Shown here: in pieces, positions 1 to 9,350 of the stretch
Numbering within the stretch: position 1 is the stretch's first letter
Layout: every line of letters starts with the position of its first letter
Assembly: GCA_019058365.1 (NCBI GenBank)
Contig: JAHPZE010000002.1
Location: 160,001-224,000 of the forward strand
DNA length: 64,000 nucleotides
Source: Promethearchaeota archaeon
GTDB lineage: Archaea > Asgardarchaeota > Lokiarchaeia > Sigyniarchaeales > SOKP01
Reading direction: 5' to 3'
The notes under the pieces: model-generated
The model's input: only the letters and a program-made list of their open reading frames with translations
Told to the model about the DNA's origin: nothing
Databases searched by the model: none
Made by a program: the position numbers and the translations under genes

Positions 1-116
1 GGTTGACTGCGATTAACTTGTCCCGCAATTTCTGTGTGTGTAAGTGTGGGCTCTTTTTGAATCAGGTCCATAATTTTACAATCAATATCATCAATACCAA
101 TTTTGTCACTTATCAT
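1..116 (-). CDS. Lrp/AsnC-family transcriptional regulator, N-terminal part (runs off window edge)
   Basis: Not in ORF track. Manual translation from ATG at 116: MISDKIGIDDIDCKIMDLIQKEPTLTHTEIAGQVNRSQ, matching the Lrp 'lDeiDxkIlxxLqxd...eiAxxvgxS' HTH pattern. Confidence 0.8.
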   Translation of the reverse strand, partial: MISDKIGIDDIDCKIMDLIQKEPTLTHTEIAGQVNRSQ

Positions 117-163
117 TTTCTTTACCTTTTAATTTTAAAATTAAAAATAAAACAATATTCACA

Positions 164-190
164 TATCGCCATATAACGATAATACGATAA
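164..190. promoter_or_regulatory. Possible operator between divergent Lrp and ArsR genes
   Basis: TATCG-N8-CGATA inverted repeat (164-181) plus ACGATAA direct repeat (176-182, 184-190), next to a TTTAAA box. Confidence 0.3.
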
Positions 191-292
191 CATAATATTT
201 AAACCTTTGTGATTTTCGTATTAATAATGAAATATTAATAATCCATTAAAACAAGCTTTAAAAACTAGTAAAAAAAATACTCTATTAAATCT

Positions 293-628
293 ATGAGCGA
301 ATTAAGAAAATACACAATAGAATTTTTAAAGGTATTAGCAGATTCAACAAGATTAGAAATCCTAGATCAATTAAAAAATAGTGAAAAAACCGCTAAAGAA
401 ATTAAAGAGAAACTGAACAGATCTCAATCAACAATTTCCAAACATTTGAATTTGCTCATTGATAATAACCTTATAGATTTTGAGAAAAAAGATAATATTA
501 AATTTTATAAGATTAAAAATAGCAATATTTTTACCCTTCTCTCTAATATAAATTCAACAGTAGCTAATATTAACTCTGAGAAACTTAAAGACTTAATTGA
601 TGTTGACATCATTGATACATTATCTTAG
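293..628 (+). CDS. ArsR/SmtB-family winged-HTH regulator
   Basis: LKVLADSTRLEIL...SQSTISKHLNLL motif; no metal-binding Cys. Confidence 0.88.
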   Translation: MSELRKYTIEFLKVLADSTRLEILDQLKNSEKTAKEIKEKLNRSQSTISKHLNLLIDNNLIDFEKKDNIKFYKIKNSNIFTLLSNINSTVANINSEKLKDLIDVDIIDTLS

Positions 629-669
629 CTTTTCAAGAATATATTTTATTTTAAAATCTCTTAAAAAAT

Positions 670-1218
670 ATGGAATCCTCAAAAAAAGATAAAGAAACTA
701 AACAATCAATAAAGATTGTGCTTCTAGGATTAGATAATAGTGGGAAAACATCAATTTTGAATTGTTTAAAGGGTATTAAAGCTATTTCTGCTTTTAATAG
801 TCTAATGCCCACTAAAGGTCTTGATGTTGAGCATTTTCAGGCCTTAAATTCAGAATATTCTATTTGGGATCTTGGCGGTCAAAAAGCATATCTTGATGAG
901 TATTTCAACGATTTTAAAAAATATGTAAAGGGAACAAATAAATTTATATATGTAATTGATATTCAAGATGTTAATCGTTATGATATTGCCCTTGAATATA
1001 TGATCAAAGTAATAAATTCAATTGAAATACAAAATGGCATTGAGTTTTCTATTTTTCTCCATAAATTTGACCCAGATTTGGTATTTGATAGCAATTTAAA
1101 TGAAAATGTTATTGATGATTTTATAAGAAAAATAAGAGGGACTATTCCTCCAAAATTTAATTATTCACTTTATAGAACATCAATATACGCAATCTTTGAA
1201 AAATCTACAGTTATATAA
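670..1218 (+). CDS. Small GTPase, Rag/Gtr-like (Arf/Rag group of Asgard GTPases), no C-terminal roadblock domain
   Basis: G1 GLDNSGKT, G2 PTKG, G3 WDLGGQ, G4 HKFD, G5 RTSIY. HKxD and TSI[WY] are Rag-type signatures. Confidence 0.88.
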   Translation: MESSKKDKETKQSIKIVLLGLDNSGKTSILNCLKGIKAISAFNSLMPTKGLDVEHFQALNSEYSIWDLGGQKAYLDEYFNDFKKYVKGTNKFIYVIDIQDVNRYDIALEYMIKVINSIEIQNGIEFSIFLHKFDPDLVFDSNLNENVIDDFIRKIRGTIPPKFNYSLYRTSIYAIFEKSTVI

Positions 1219-1333
1219 ATGATGTAGGTTTAGTGGTTTTAGCGATTTTAAATAATTTGAAAATTTTAAAATATGTTAGAAAAGAATACTATTTAGTATC
1301 GAAGGAAAAAAAGTCACAAGATTTCATAAATAT

Positions 1334-3508
1334 ATGTGGTCGCAGGAAGAAAAAAAGGAATTAACAAGTCGAGTAAAATGTAGATCATCGTTAATTGTTT
1401 TTGCTTTAATCTTGTTCCTTACTTATCTTACTCATTTCTATAGTTTTCTTTTATTTCATACTATTGCTGAGTTATTTAGTGTAGTTATTGCATTTGGCAT
1501 TTTTATAATTGGATGGAATACTCGAAAGAATATAGAGAGCTCGATTTTCTTAGTTCTAGGCGTCAGTTTATTATTTGTTGGCTCAATTGATCTAATCCAT
1601 ACTTTAGCATATAGTGGAATGAATATATTTGAAGGATATGACGCAAATTTACCTACTCAATTGTGGATAGCTGCCAGATATCTTCAAGCAGGTTCTTTTC
1701 TCATGGCATTTCTTTTAATGTATAAAAAGATAAATCCAAATCATTTAGTAATTGGATATACGGTTATAAGTACACTTTTGGTGGTATTAATTTTTAATAG
1801 GATTTTTCCAGATTGCTATATTGAAGGGACAGGGCTCACACCATTTAAAATTATCAGCGAATATATAATTATTGGAATTTTAGCAGTATCTATAATAGTA
1901 TTATATAAAAATAGAAAAGAGCTCAATTTAACAACGTTTCGATTGAAAATCTTTTCGATTTTATCACTAATAATAGCGGAGGTAGCTTTTACTTTTTATA
2001 TTGGTGTATATGATCTTTCTAATTTAATAGGGCATATCTTTAAAATAATTTCTTTTTATTTTATTTATTTAGCAATTGTCCAAAAGGGATTTGAGGATCC
2101 TTTAAATACTTTATTCACAAGATTAAAACAGAGTGAGGAATTTATAAAAACAGCATTAAATACTCAAATGGATACTTTTTTTGTATTCAATCCAAAGAAC
2201 GGTAAAGCGATAAGATGGAATAAAGCTTTTAATGAGATCAGTGGCTATACTGATAAGGAAATATTATCCATGAAAGCACCTGATTCTTATTACAACCAAG
2301 AAGATTTAGAAAAAGCTGAAAAGGCTATACGTAATGCCATAGAAACTGGCAATACTACAGTTCAAATGGAATTAATTACAAAAGAAGGGAAAAAAATACC
2401 CTTTGAATATTTAGGCTCAGTTATTATTGATGATCATGGAGATATTAATTATATCGTTTCTGTTGGTCGAAATATTACTCAACGTATACAAGCAGAAGAA
2501 GAAATTAAGAGTTTAGCAAAGTTTCCTTCAGAGAATCCAAATCCAGTATTAAGAGTCAGTAATGAAATTGTCCTATATATAAATGATGCTGGTCAAAAAT
2601 TGTTTAATATTGAGGTTGGGAAGAAGATGCCACCTAGTTTAAATAATGTAGTAGGGGAAGTCTTTCATACTCAAATAATTCACCAAATTGAGCTTGAATT
2701 AAATAATCAATTTTACTCATTTACTATAACACCCATAACTGAAAAATCATATCTTAATATTTATGGTCTTAATATCACAGAGAGAATTTTAGCAGAAAGA
2801 AGAATTAAAAACTTGGTATCGACAATTTCTCATGAACTGAGAACACCAATAACCGTTCTAATGATGTCCTTAGATTTATACAGGCAAAAAAAAACTTCAC
2901 TAACCCCTGAACTACAAAACTACATTATTGAGACAGGAGAGAAGAATCTCTCACTTCTAAAAGATTTATCAGAAGATATTCTCATGCTCTCTCAAATTGA
3001 TGAACAAAAAATAGAACTTAATTTTGAAAATTATAATCCCTTAAAGCTATTACAAGATATGGAATTATTCTTTGCTCCTTTTGCTCAAGAAAAAAACATT
3101 ACTTTTGAAATTAATATTAGTGAAGATATCAATATGAAAGGGGACATTAAAAGGATTGATCAAGTTTTTCGAATTCTTCTTGATAACGCAATAAAATATT
3201 CACATGAAAATACAATTATCAAGATAATTGTGATTGAAAATTACAAAGGAAGATTTAATCCTAAAGGAAAAAATGGGACTTTATATCAATTTAAAAATAG
3301 TGGTATCGGAATTAGTAAAGATGATCTACCTCATATTTTTGAGAGGTTCTATCGAGCTTCAAATGTAAGCGAAACTTCTGGAACCGGATTAGGTTTATCA
3401 ATAGCAAAGGATATAATAGAACTTCACCAGGGAGAAATTTTTGTTGAAAGCAAATTAGGAAATGAAACAACCTTTTCCATTTTTTTTCCAAGAATAGAAA
3501 ATTTTTAA
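1334..3508 (+). CDS. Membrane sensor histidine kinase (MASE3-PAS-PAS-HisKA-HATPase)
   Basis: MASE3 motifs LLFHTIAELFS, DLIHTLAYSGM, TQLWIAARY; PAS/PAC; H-box SHELRTP; N-box LLDNAIKY; F-box IFERFYR; G2 GTGLGL. Confidence 0.92.
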   Translation: MWSQEEKKELTSRVKCRSSLIVFALILFLTYLTHFYSFLLFHTIAELFSVVIAFGIFIIGWNTRKNIESSIFLVLGVSLLFVGSIDLIHTLAYSGMNIFEGYDANLPTQLWIAARYLQAGSFLMAFLLMYKKINPNHLVIGYTVISTLLVVLIFNRIFPDCYIEGTGLTPFKIISEYIIIGILAVSIIVLYKNRKELNLTTFRLKIFSILSLIIAEVAFTFYIGVYDLSNLIGHIFKIISFYFIYLAIVQKGFEDPLNTLFTRLKQSEEFIKTALNTQMDTFFVFNPKNGKAIRWNKAFNEISGYTDKEILSMKAPDSYYNQEDLEKAEKAIRNAIETGNTTVQMELITKEGKKIPFEYLGSVIIDDHGDINYIVSVGRNITQRIQAEEEIKSLAKFPSENPNPVLRVSNEIVLYINDAGQKLFNIEVGKKMPPSLNNVVGEVFHTQIIHQIELELNNQFYSFTITPITEKSYLNIYGLNITERILAERRIKNLVSTISHELRTPITVLMMSLDLYRQKKTSLTPELQNYIIETGEKNLSLLKDLSEDILMLSQIDEQKIELNFENYNPLKLLQDMELFFAPFAQEKNITFEINISEDINMKGDIKRIDQVFRILLDNAIKYSHENTIIKIIVIENYKGRFNPKGKNGTLYQFKNSGIGISKDDLPHIFERFYRASNVSETSGTGLGLSIAKDIIELHQGEIFVESKLGNETTFSIFFPRIENF

Positions 3509-3568
3509 AATAAAATTTAAATTAATTCTAATTGATATTTTCACTAAAAGAGTATCAAGCGAATCACA

Positions 3569-4480
3569 ATGCAAGCTGAGTCTCAATCTGTAATACTCAT
3601 AGTTGATGACAACGTAGATATCTTATATCATTTAAAAGTCTTATTAGAAGATAATAACTATGTAGTTAAAACAGCAGTAAATGGTAGAGATGCTATAAAA
3701 CTTTTATCTGAAATAAAATCACCTCCAGATGTAATCATTAGTGATATTATGATGCCAGGAATGAATGGCTATGATTTTTTTGAGGCAGTATCTAATACCC
3801 CTCAATGGAATCGAATTCCATTTCTATTTCTAACTGCTAAAGCCGCTCCTGAGGATATTCGGTTGGGTAAAATGTTAGGTGTAGACGATTACATAACGAA
3901 ACCCTTTAAAAGGGAAGATTTAATTGCATCAATTTCGGGGAAAATTGCACGAAATAATAAAAGTAATCTTATCGATAAGGAGATTAAACAATTACTCTCC
4001 TCGTTAAAAATTCAGATGCAACCCTCCATTTCTAATAAAGATCAACAATTTTTATGTTTAACTATGGTATATTGGAATGATATTACTGGTCCTACTGTAA
4101 AGGAAGGTTACCCCTCTGATGAAAATTTACCTTTTTCAATTAATACAATTGGCAAGCAATTATTTCATGCTGCAACTTCGATCTATGGGCATGATAAAAT
4201 CACGAAATCTCAAGGTATATTACTTAACATTGAAAATATTAAGAATAAGGGCTATTTGTTTTTTGATTCTTTTCCCACTGAAAATGAGAGATATGGAGAA
4301 AAACAATACATGTTATCAGTAATCACGCCAAATTTATCTTATTTTAGTTCACTTAAAATCAGAGAGATTCTGAAAGAAATCTCTGAAAAAGTAAAAAAGA
4401 ACCAAGATTGGGATATAAAAGAATATTGGGGAAAAATTTTAGAAATTTTATCAGTAGACTCAGGTTTATTCCACCCTTAA
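3569..4480 (+). CDS. Response regulator: receiver domain fused to a longin/uDENN-like domain
   Basis: REC motifs IVDD, D59 in IISDIMMP, T89, KP. The C-terminal LTMVYWNDITGP...DSFPTENERYGEKQYMLSVI pattern resembles NPRL2/FLCN longin domains (fold assignment is inference). Confidence 0.85.
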   Translation: MQAESQSVILIVDDNVDILYHLKVLLEDNNYVVKTAVNGRDAIKLLSEIKSPPDVIISDIMMPGMNGYDFFEAVSNTPQWNRIPFLFLTAKAAPEDIRLGKMLGVDDYITKPFKREDLIASISGKIARNNKSNLIDKEIKQLLSSLKIQMQPSISNKDQQFLCLTMVYWNDITGPTVKEGYPSDENLPFSINTIGKQLFHAATSIYGHDKITKSQGILLNIENIKNKGYLFFDSFPTENERYGEKQYMLSVITPNLSYFSSLKIREILKEISEKVKKNQDWDIKEYWGKILEILSVDSGLFHP

Positions 4481-4663
4481 TATGATTCTGTATTACTTAA
4501 AATCTATAGTGTTATAAATTAAAAATAGATCTGATTTTTAAATTAATAATTAAGCGAAAAAATCTCTTTTTTTAATAATATCTAGAAAGAACTTTTAAAT
4601 CAGCTCTTTTAGATCAAGATATCAAGAAATAAACTTATAATTTTAACCATTTAGGTGAAAAAT

Positions 4664-4978
4664 ATGTCTGAAATAAAAGAAACAGAAAAATATTTAATGT
4701 CTCCAGAGGTGTGTTCTTGGGCGGATGACGAAGATAATACCTATAAGATTGAAATTCAATTGCCCGGAGTAGAGAAAGAAACAATTAAACTTAAAATGCA
4801 TGATGATAGCTTTTTCGTTAAAGGAGAAACTGAAGATACTACTTTTATAGGTTCCTATACTGTTTGTTGTCCTATAAAACCAGAAGAAGCAAAAGCTGTT
4901 TATAAAAATGGACTTCTTAAGATTGAAGTGCCTTTCAAAGAGCCCGAGTTCCATAGTGTTGAGATTGAAATTGAATAA
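4664..4978 (+). CDS. Small heat-shock protein (Hsp20/alpha-crystallin)
   Basis: IQLPGVEKETI and AKAVYKNGLLKIEVP motifs. ATG 4664 follows an AGGTGA RBS; the track's GTG 4655 lies inside the RBS. Confidence 0.88.
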   Translation: MSEIKETEKYLMSPEVCSWADDEDNTYKIEIQLPGVEKETIKLKMHDDSFFVKGETEDTTFIGSYTVCCPIKPEEAKAVYKNGLLKIEVPFKEPEFHSVEIEIE

Positions 4979-5075
4979 ATCTTTTTTTTTTCTTATTCTT
5001 AAAATTAAAATTGTTTTAATAAATTAAACAATATTTTAATTAAGTAATTTTATGTATTTGTATTCTGATTAAACT

Positions 5076-5609
5076 ATGATTAAGATTATCCAAATTGAAA
5101 CTGACGATTATAAAAATCAAGTTAAGGAATTATACTCAGAATACCTTGAATGGGTCGTGTTAAACATAAATAAGGAGCTAAATCTTAATTTCAACATTGC
5201 TGAGGTAGTTAAAGAAGCAGTTGATGCAAGTATGAATGAATTTTATAAGTTTCTACCTCCTGAGGGATGTTTATTTCTCTGTAAATTCGAGAATAAAATT
5301 ATTGGATTAGCATCAATGAGGAGGATTGATCGGATAATTGGTGAGATTAAAAGAATGTATGTTCGTCCTGAATTTCGGGGTAAAGGTCTAGGTAAGCAAT
5401 TACTGGAAAGCTTGATTAATAAAACACGTATTCTAAAGTTTTCAAAACTTCGACTAGATACAGGTCCATTCATGAAAGAAGCTCGAGGACTGTATAAATT
5501 AATTGGCTTTAACGAAATTGATCCATATCAAGAGAGTGAGGTTATTCAAAATGAGATTTTAGAACCTATTCGCAAAAATTGGATCTTTATGGAAATGCTC
5601 ATAAAATAA
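5076..5609 (+). CDS. GNAT-family N-acetyltransferase
   Basis: EIKRMYVRPEFRGKGLG acetyl-CoA motif; LRLDT...ARGLYKLIGF. Confidence 0.9.
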   Translation: MIKIIQIETDDYKNQVKELYSEYLEWVVLNINKELNLNFNIAEVVKEAVDASMNEFYKFLPPEGCLFLCKFENKIIGLASMRRIDRIIGEIKRMYVRPEFRGKGLGKQLLESLINKTRILKFSKLRLDTGPFMKEARGLYKLIGFNEIDPYQESEVIQNEILEPIRKNWIFMEMLIK

Positions 5610-5634
5610 GAATTCTTTAAGAAAAAATTATCTA

Positions 5635-6579
5635 TTAATATTCAATATTCATTTCTTTAACGTAATCGAAAGCAGAATATGCGGCTATTACTCCTTCAGA
5701 AACTCCGGTAATAGCTTGTTTAAAAGGTGCATCAGCTACATCTCCCGCAGCAAAGATGCCTGGAATATTTGTTTCTGATTTACGATTAATTTTAATCTCA
5801 CCTTTTCTATTTGTTTCAACTCCAATATGATTTGCTAATTCAGATTTAGGAATCGATCCTATCTCAATAAATACACCATCTACTTCAAATTCTTTTCCAT
5901 TATCAAAAATTACTGATTTTACTGTTGTATCGCCTTTAATTTCTACAATTTTTGTTTTGTAAATTATCTTAATTTTATCATTATCGTACACTCTTCTCTT
6001 GTTTATTGGTTCAGCTCTAATTTCTTCTCCTCGATAAATAATATATACCTTATTTACACTTTGAGCTAAAAATAAGGCTTCTTTAGCAGCGGAGTCACTC
6101 CCACCAATCACACAAACACTTTTATCCTTATAAAATGGTCCATCACAAGTCGCACAATATGAAACACCTCTCCCAACAAATTTTTCTTCCCCAGGAATGC
6201 CTAACTTCCTTCTTTCTGACCCAGTTGCTATGCAAATTGAATGAGCTTTAAATTTTTGAAAGAAAGAATGAAGTTCAAAGTGATCATCAACTCTATCAAT
6301 ACTCCGTATCTCATCTGAGATGTAAGGGATCTTGAGTGAGTCCATGTGGTCCTTAAACATATCCATCAATCCTTGACCACTTATTGATGTAATAGCGGGA
6401 TAATTCTCTACAATATGAGTTGTTGCAATTAATCCTCCAAAAGTTTTACCAACGACTAAGATATCCATCGCAAATCGAGCTGCATATATGGCACATCCTA
6501 ATGCGGCAGGACCTCCTCCTAAAATTATAAGATCGTACGTTTTTTCTAAATCAATCTCATCCATATCAATATTGAACAT
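5635..6579 (-). CDS. trxB: Thioredoxin reductase (TrxB family)
   Basis: FAD motif GGGPAA, ATGS, GRGVSYCATCDG active site, GIFAAGD. Confidence 0.92.
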   Translation of the reverse strand: MFNIDMDEIDLEKTYDLIILGGGPAALGCAIYAARFAMDILVVGKTFGGLIATTHIVENYPAITSISGQGLMDMFKDHMDSLKIPYISDEIRSIDRVDDHFELHSFFQKFKAHSICIATGSERRKLGIPGEEKFVGRGVSYCATCDGPFYKDKSVCVIGGSDSAAKEALFLAQSVNKVYIIYRGEEIRAEPINKRRVYDNDKIKIIYKTKIVEIKGDTTVKSVIFDNGKEFEVDGVFIEIGSIPKSELANHIGVETNRKGEIKINRKSETNIPGIFAAGDVADAPFKQAITGVSEGVIAAYSAFDYVKEMNIEY

Positions 6580-7255
6580 GTATATTACCTCCGATCAACG
6601 CTCTTAATATTTCATTTGCACCAACCATTCCAACCAAAGTTTTTTGATCATTTATGATAGTATAAGGAACGCCTGCTGCGTCATAATATTGACCGATATC
6701 TGGATTTGCCATAATATCTATAATCACGGTTCTTATTTTCCCCTTAGATGCAATAGCAAAGTTATTGGCGATAGTAGAGACTTGAGGGCAGTAAGGGCAC
6801 GTTTCCGTTATCATTACTTTAATTGTGGAAGGTTGAATTCTGTCTAAATTTTGTTTTATTGTAGCTTCGTAATAATTTGGTGCTCCAGCAAAAGCGAATA
6901 TAGCTTGGATAAACGGTTGAATTTCACCACCTTGCGGGGCTGCTAAATATCGTATAATTTCTCTTCCCTCCTCATCAATAAATAAGATTGTAGGCACTCT
7001 CGAAATATCATACTTTTTAGTAAATTCAGGGTTATCATCAATACATAATTCCTCAATTGTTAGCATTCCATTGGAATTTTCTTCATATATTCTCAATAGT
7101 GCCATAAATTGATTACAATCCATACACTCTCTTATTAAACTCCCCGATGAAGGCTTTATTTTACATGTAAAAACCTCTAATTTAACAGGTTTTTTTAATT
7201 TAGCCATTTCTCTTTTAATTATATCTTTATATCTATCATCCTGAGACATTTTCAA
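6566..7255 (-). CDS. Protein disulfide oxidoreductase (two thioredoxin folds, AhpF-NTD/PDO-like)
   Basis: CMDC and CPYC motifs, two cis-Pro VP motifs. Confidence 0.88.
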   Translation of the reverse strand: MKMSQDDRYKDIIKREMAKLKKPVKLEVFTCKIKPSSGSLIRECMDCNQFMALLRIYEENSNGMLTIEELCIDDNPEFTKKYDISRVPTILFIDEEGREIIRYLAAPQGGEIQPFIQAIFAFAGAPNYYEATIKQNLDRIQPSTIKVMITETCPYCPQVSTIANNFAIASKGKIRTVIIDIMANPDIGQYYDAAGVPYTIINDQKTLVGMVGANEILRALIGGNIHVQY

Positions 7256-7272
7256 AAATCACCTAAATATAA

Positions 7273-7977
7273 TTAAGCATACATTCCTCCAAAATCTCTT
7301 TCTCCTTTTGTAAGTTTATCAAGTAAATCTTGAGGTGTAAACATTCCGTAAATATGATCCTTCTCATTTATTACTGTATGAGGGACTCCTTGAACTTGAT
7401 ATTTCATACCAATGTCTGGATTTAAATTAACATCAATTATTTCTGCTGAAATCTTTCCTTTAGAAACTATTGCAAATAAAGTTAGTACTGGGACAGTAGC
7501 AGGACAATATGGACATGTTGGTGTTATAAAGATTTTCATTTTTGATTTTGATATCTTTTTAAGATGAGTAATGATTTGATCCGCATAATAAGGTCTTACT
7601 CCTGAAAAATATTGTATACTATTGAGAAAAGGTACAAATTCAGATCCTATAGGGTGTGCTAAATATCGAATAATCTCTTCATTATTGTCATCAGCAAATA
7701 GAATAGCAGGTATTTTATCAACATTGAATTTCTTTGCTTCTTCTTCATTTTCTTCAGTAGATATTTCCTCAATTATTAGCTTTCCATTAGAAAGATCTTC
7801 TAAAGTTTTTAATAACTCATATGTTCCCTCACAAGCCATACACTTTCTTATTTTTGTTCCATCTTCTTTAGTTTTAAAATCAGTAAATAGTTTAAGTACA
7901 ACTTTTTCTTTTAGTTTGGCCATCTCTCTTTTTATATTATTCATCTCATTTTCGGAAAATAACAAATAATCACCCAT
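7273..7977 (-). CDS. Protein disulfide oxidoreductase, paralogue of 6566..7255
   Basis: CMAC and CPYC; shares IKREMAKLK, EIIRYLA, SKGKI and NPDIG with its neighbour. Confidence 0.88.
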   Translation of the reverse strand: MGDYLLFSENEMNNIKREMAKLKEKVVLKLFTDFKTKEDGTKIRKCMACEGTYELLKTLEDLSNGKLIIEEISTEENEEEAKKFNVDKIPAILFADDNNEEIIRYLAHPIGSEFVPFLNSIQYFSGVRPYYADQIITHLKKISKSKMKIFITPTCPYCPATVPVLTLFAIVSKGKISAEIIDVNLNPDIGMKYQVQGVPHTVINEKDHIYGMFTPQDLLDKLTKGERDFGGMYA

Positions 7978-8116
7978 TTGTTCATTCTAATATGAATATT
8001 TACTTTCACACTTAAAAGAATTTTTCATTTAAATTATAAAAAAAATCAGTTTAGAATTACTATAAGATAAATTCTAATGGAATTGTATTAATAGTTAAAA
8101 ATATAAATTTTATTGA

Positions 8117-9277
8117 TCAACTTTCAGGTTTGTCTATTACTTTTTTAAAAATGTAATAAAGTGTTATTCCAATTAGAAATCCAATAGCTATATTAATAAA
8201 GTATGAAAATATTGCGGAGATCAATATTATGGGAAATGTTTTAATATTAAAATCTTTAAAAGCTATTTTTCCTAGTAAAAAGGCAGTATAAATTAGCATG
8301 GCTCCTAGAATTGCCATGGGAAACTTAGTAAAAAGAAGAAATAGAATATCAGAAAAAAATAATCCAAGAAGTAATTCCATTATCCCCTCTAATATCATAG
8401 ACCCTCCAGTTCTAGCACCAAAAGCATATTGAGCCATTAATCCTCCTGAACCATGACATAAAGGCATCCCTACTAAAAAAGGATTAATTAAATTCATTGC
8501 TCCCATATTATAAGCTAATGTATTAGCATCAATCCCTTTTTTCTCTGGAAATAGCTCTTTAATTAATACAACAGTAGCAATCATAACATTTGTTAACGTC
8601 AAAAATAATTGGGCAATTCCAGCATAAACCATTCCATACAAAAAATTATCCCAAGTAGGTATTCCAAAAGAAAAGCTTGGAATACTAAATTTCAACTCTG
8701 TGATGTTAATAATACCAGTAAAAAACATTAGTAAAATTCCCCCAAATGTAAGAATAATTGCGGATGGTATTGGTTTATTCTTTATAAGTAACAAAATAAT
8801 TGAAATTGAAATGAAACCTAAAATAATATTCTCACTAAATAATAAAATTCCTGTCCAACCTAGAATAAAAGCTAAACCAAGTTGGATACCTCTTACAGCT
8901 ATAATAGGGACTTTACTCACAATATAATTTAGTTTTTTTGAAAATCCAAGAAGAAACCAAATCACTCCGGTACCAAATCCAGTAGAAATAACTAAGTCTG
9001 CATTCCAATGTCTTGAAATAGCTACGGTACCAATAGTTTTTTGAGGTTGAACTGGAAGTGGGAGGTTAAATTTCACTCCTAATATAATATTCGTAATTCC
9101 CAAAGTAATGAAGATTCCTGCTGGACTTAATCCTACAATTGAGATATATCCAATTATAAATGGAACTAATGTACCCCAATCTCCAAAAGCTCCTCCAAAT
9201 TCTCTTAAAGTGAACTTTTTATATTTTTTTTCAACTTCTTTTTCATCGAGACTTCTTTTTGGTTCCATACTAGTCAA
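8117..9277 (-). CDS. MOT1-type putative molybdate/sulfate transporter
   Basis: GAFGDWGT, PLPVQPQK and PLCHGSGGLMAQYAFGARTG match MOT1-family motifs; many TM helices. Confidence 0.82.
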   Translation of the reverse strand: MTSMEPKRSLDEKEVEKKYKKFTLREFGGAFGDWGTLVPFIIGYISIVGLSPAGIFITLGITNIILGVKFNLPLPVQPQKTIGTVAISRHWNADLVISTGFGTGVIWFLLGFSKKLNYIVSKVPIIAVRGIQLGLAFILGWTGILLFSENIILGFISISIILLLIKNKPIPSAIILTFGGILLMFFTGIINITELKFSIPSFSFGIPTWDNFLYGMVYAGIAQLFLTLTNVMIATVVLIKELFPEKKGIDANTLAYNMGAMNLINPFLVGMPLCHGSGGLMAQYAFGARTGGSMILEGIMELLLGLFFSDILFLLFTKFPMAILGAMLIYTAFLLGKIAFKDFNIKTFPIILISAIFSYFINIAIGFLIGITLYYIFKKVIDKPES

Positions 9278-9350
9278 CTATTAAAAAAGTCCCAAATTTA
9301 ATAAATTTCTTAAAAGTTTTTTAACAAAGAACATGACACATCGATGTAAC

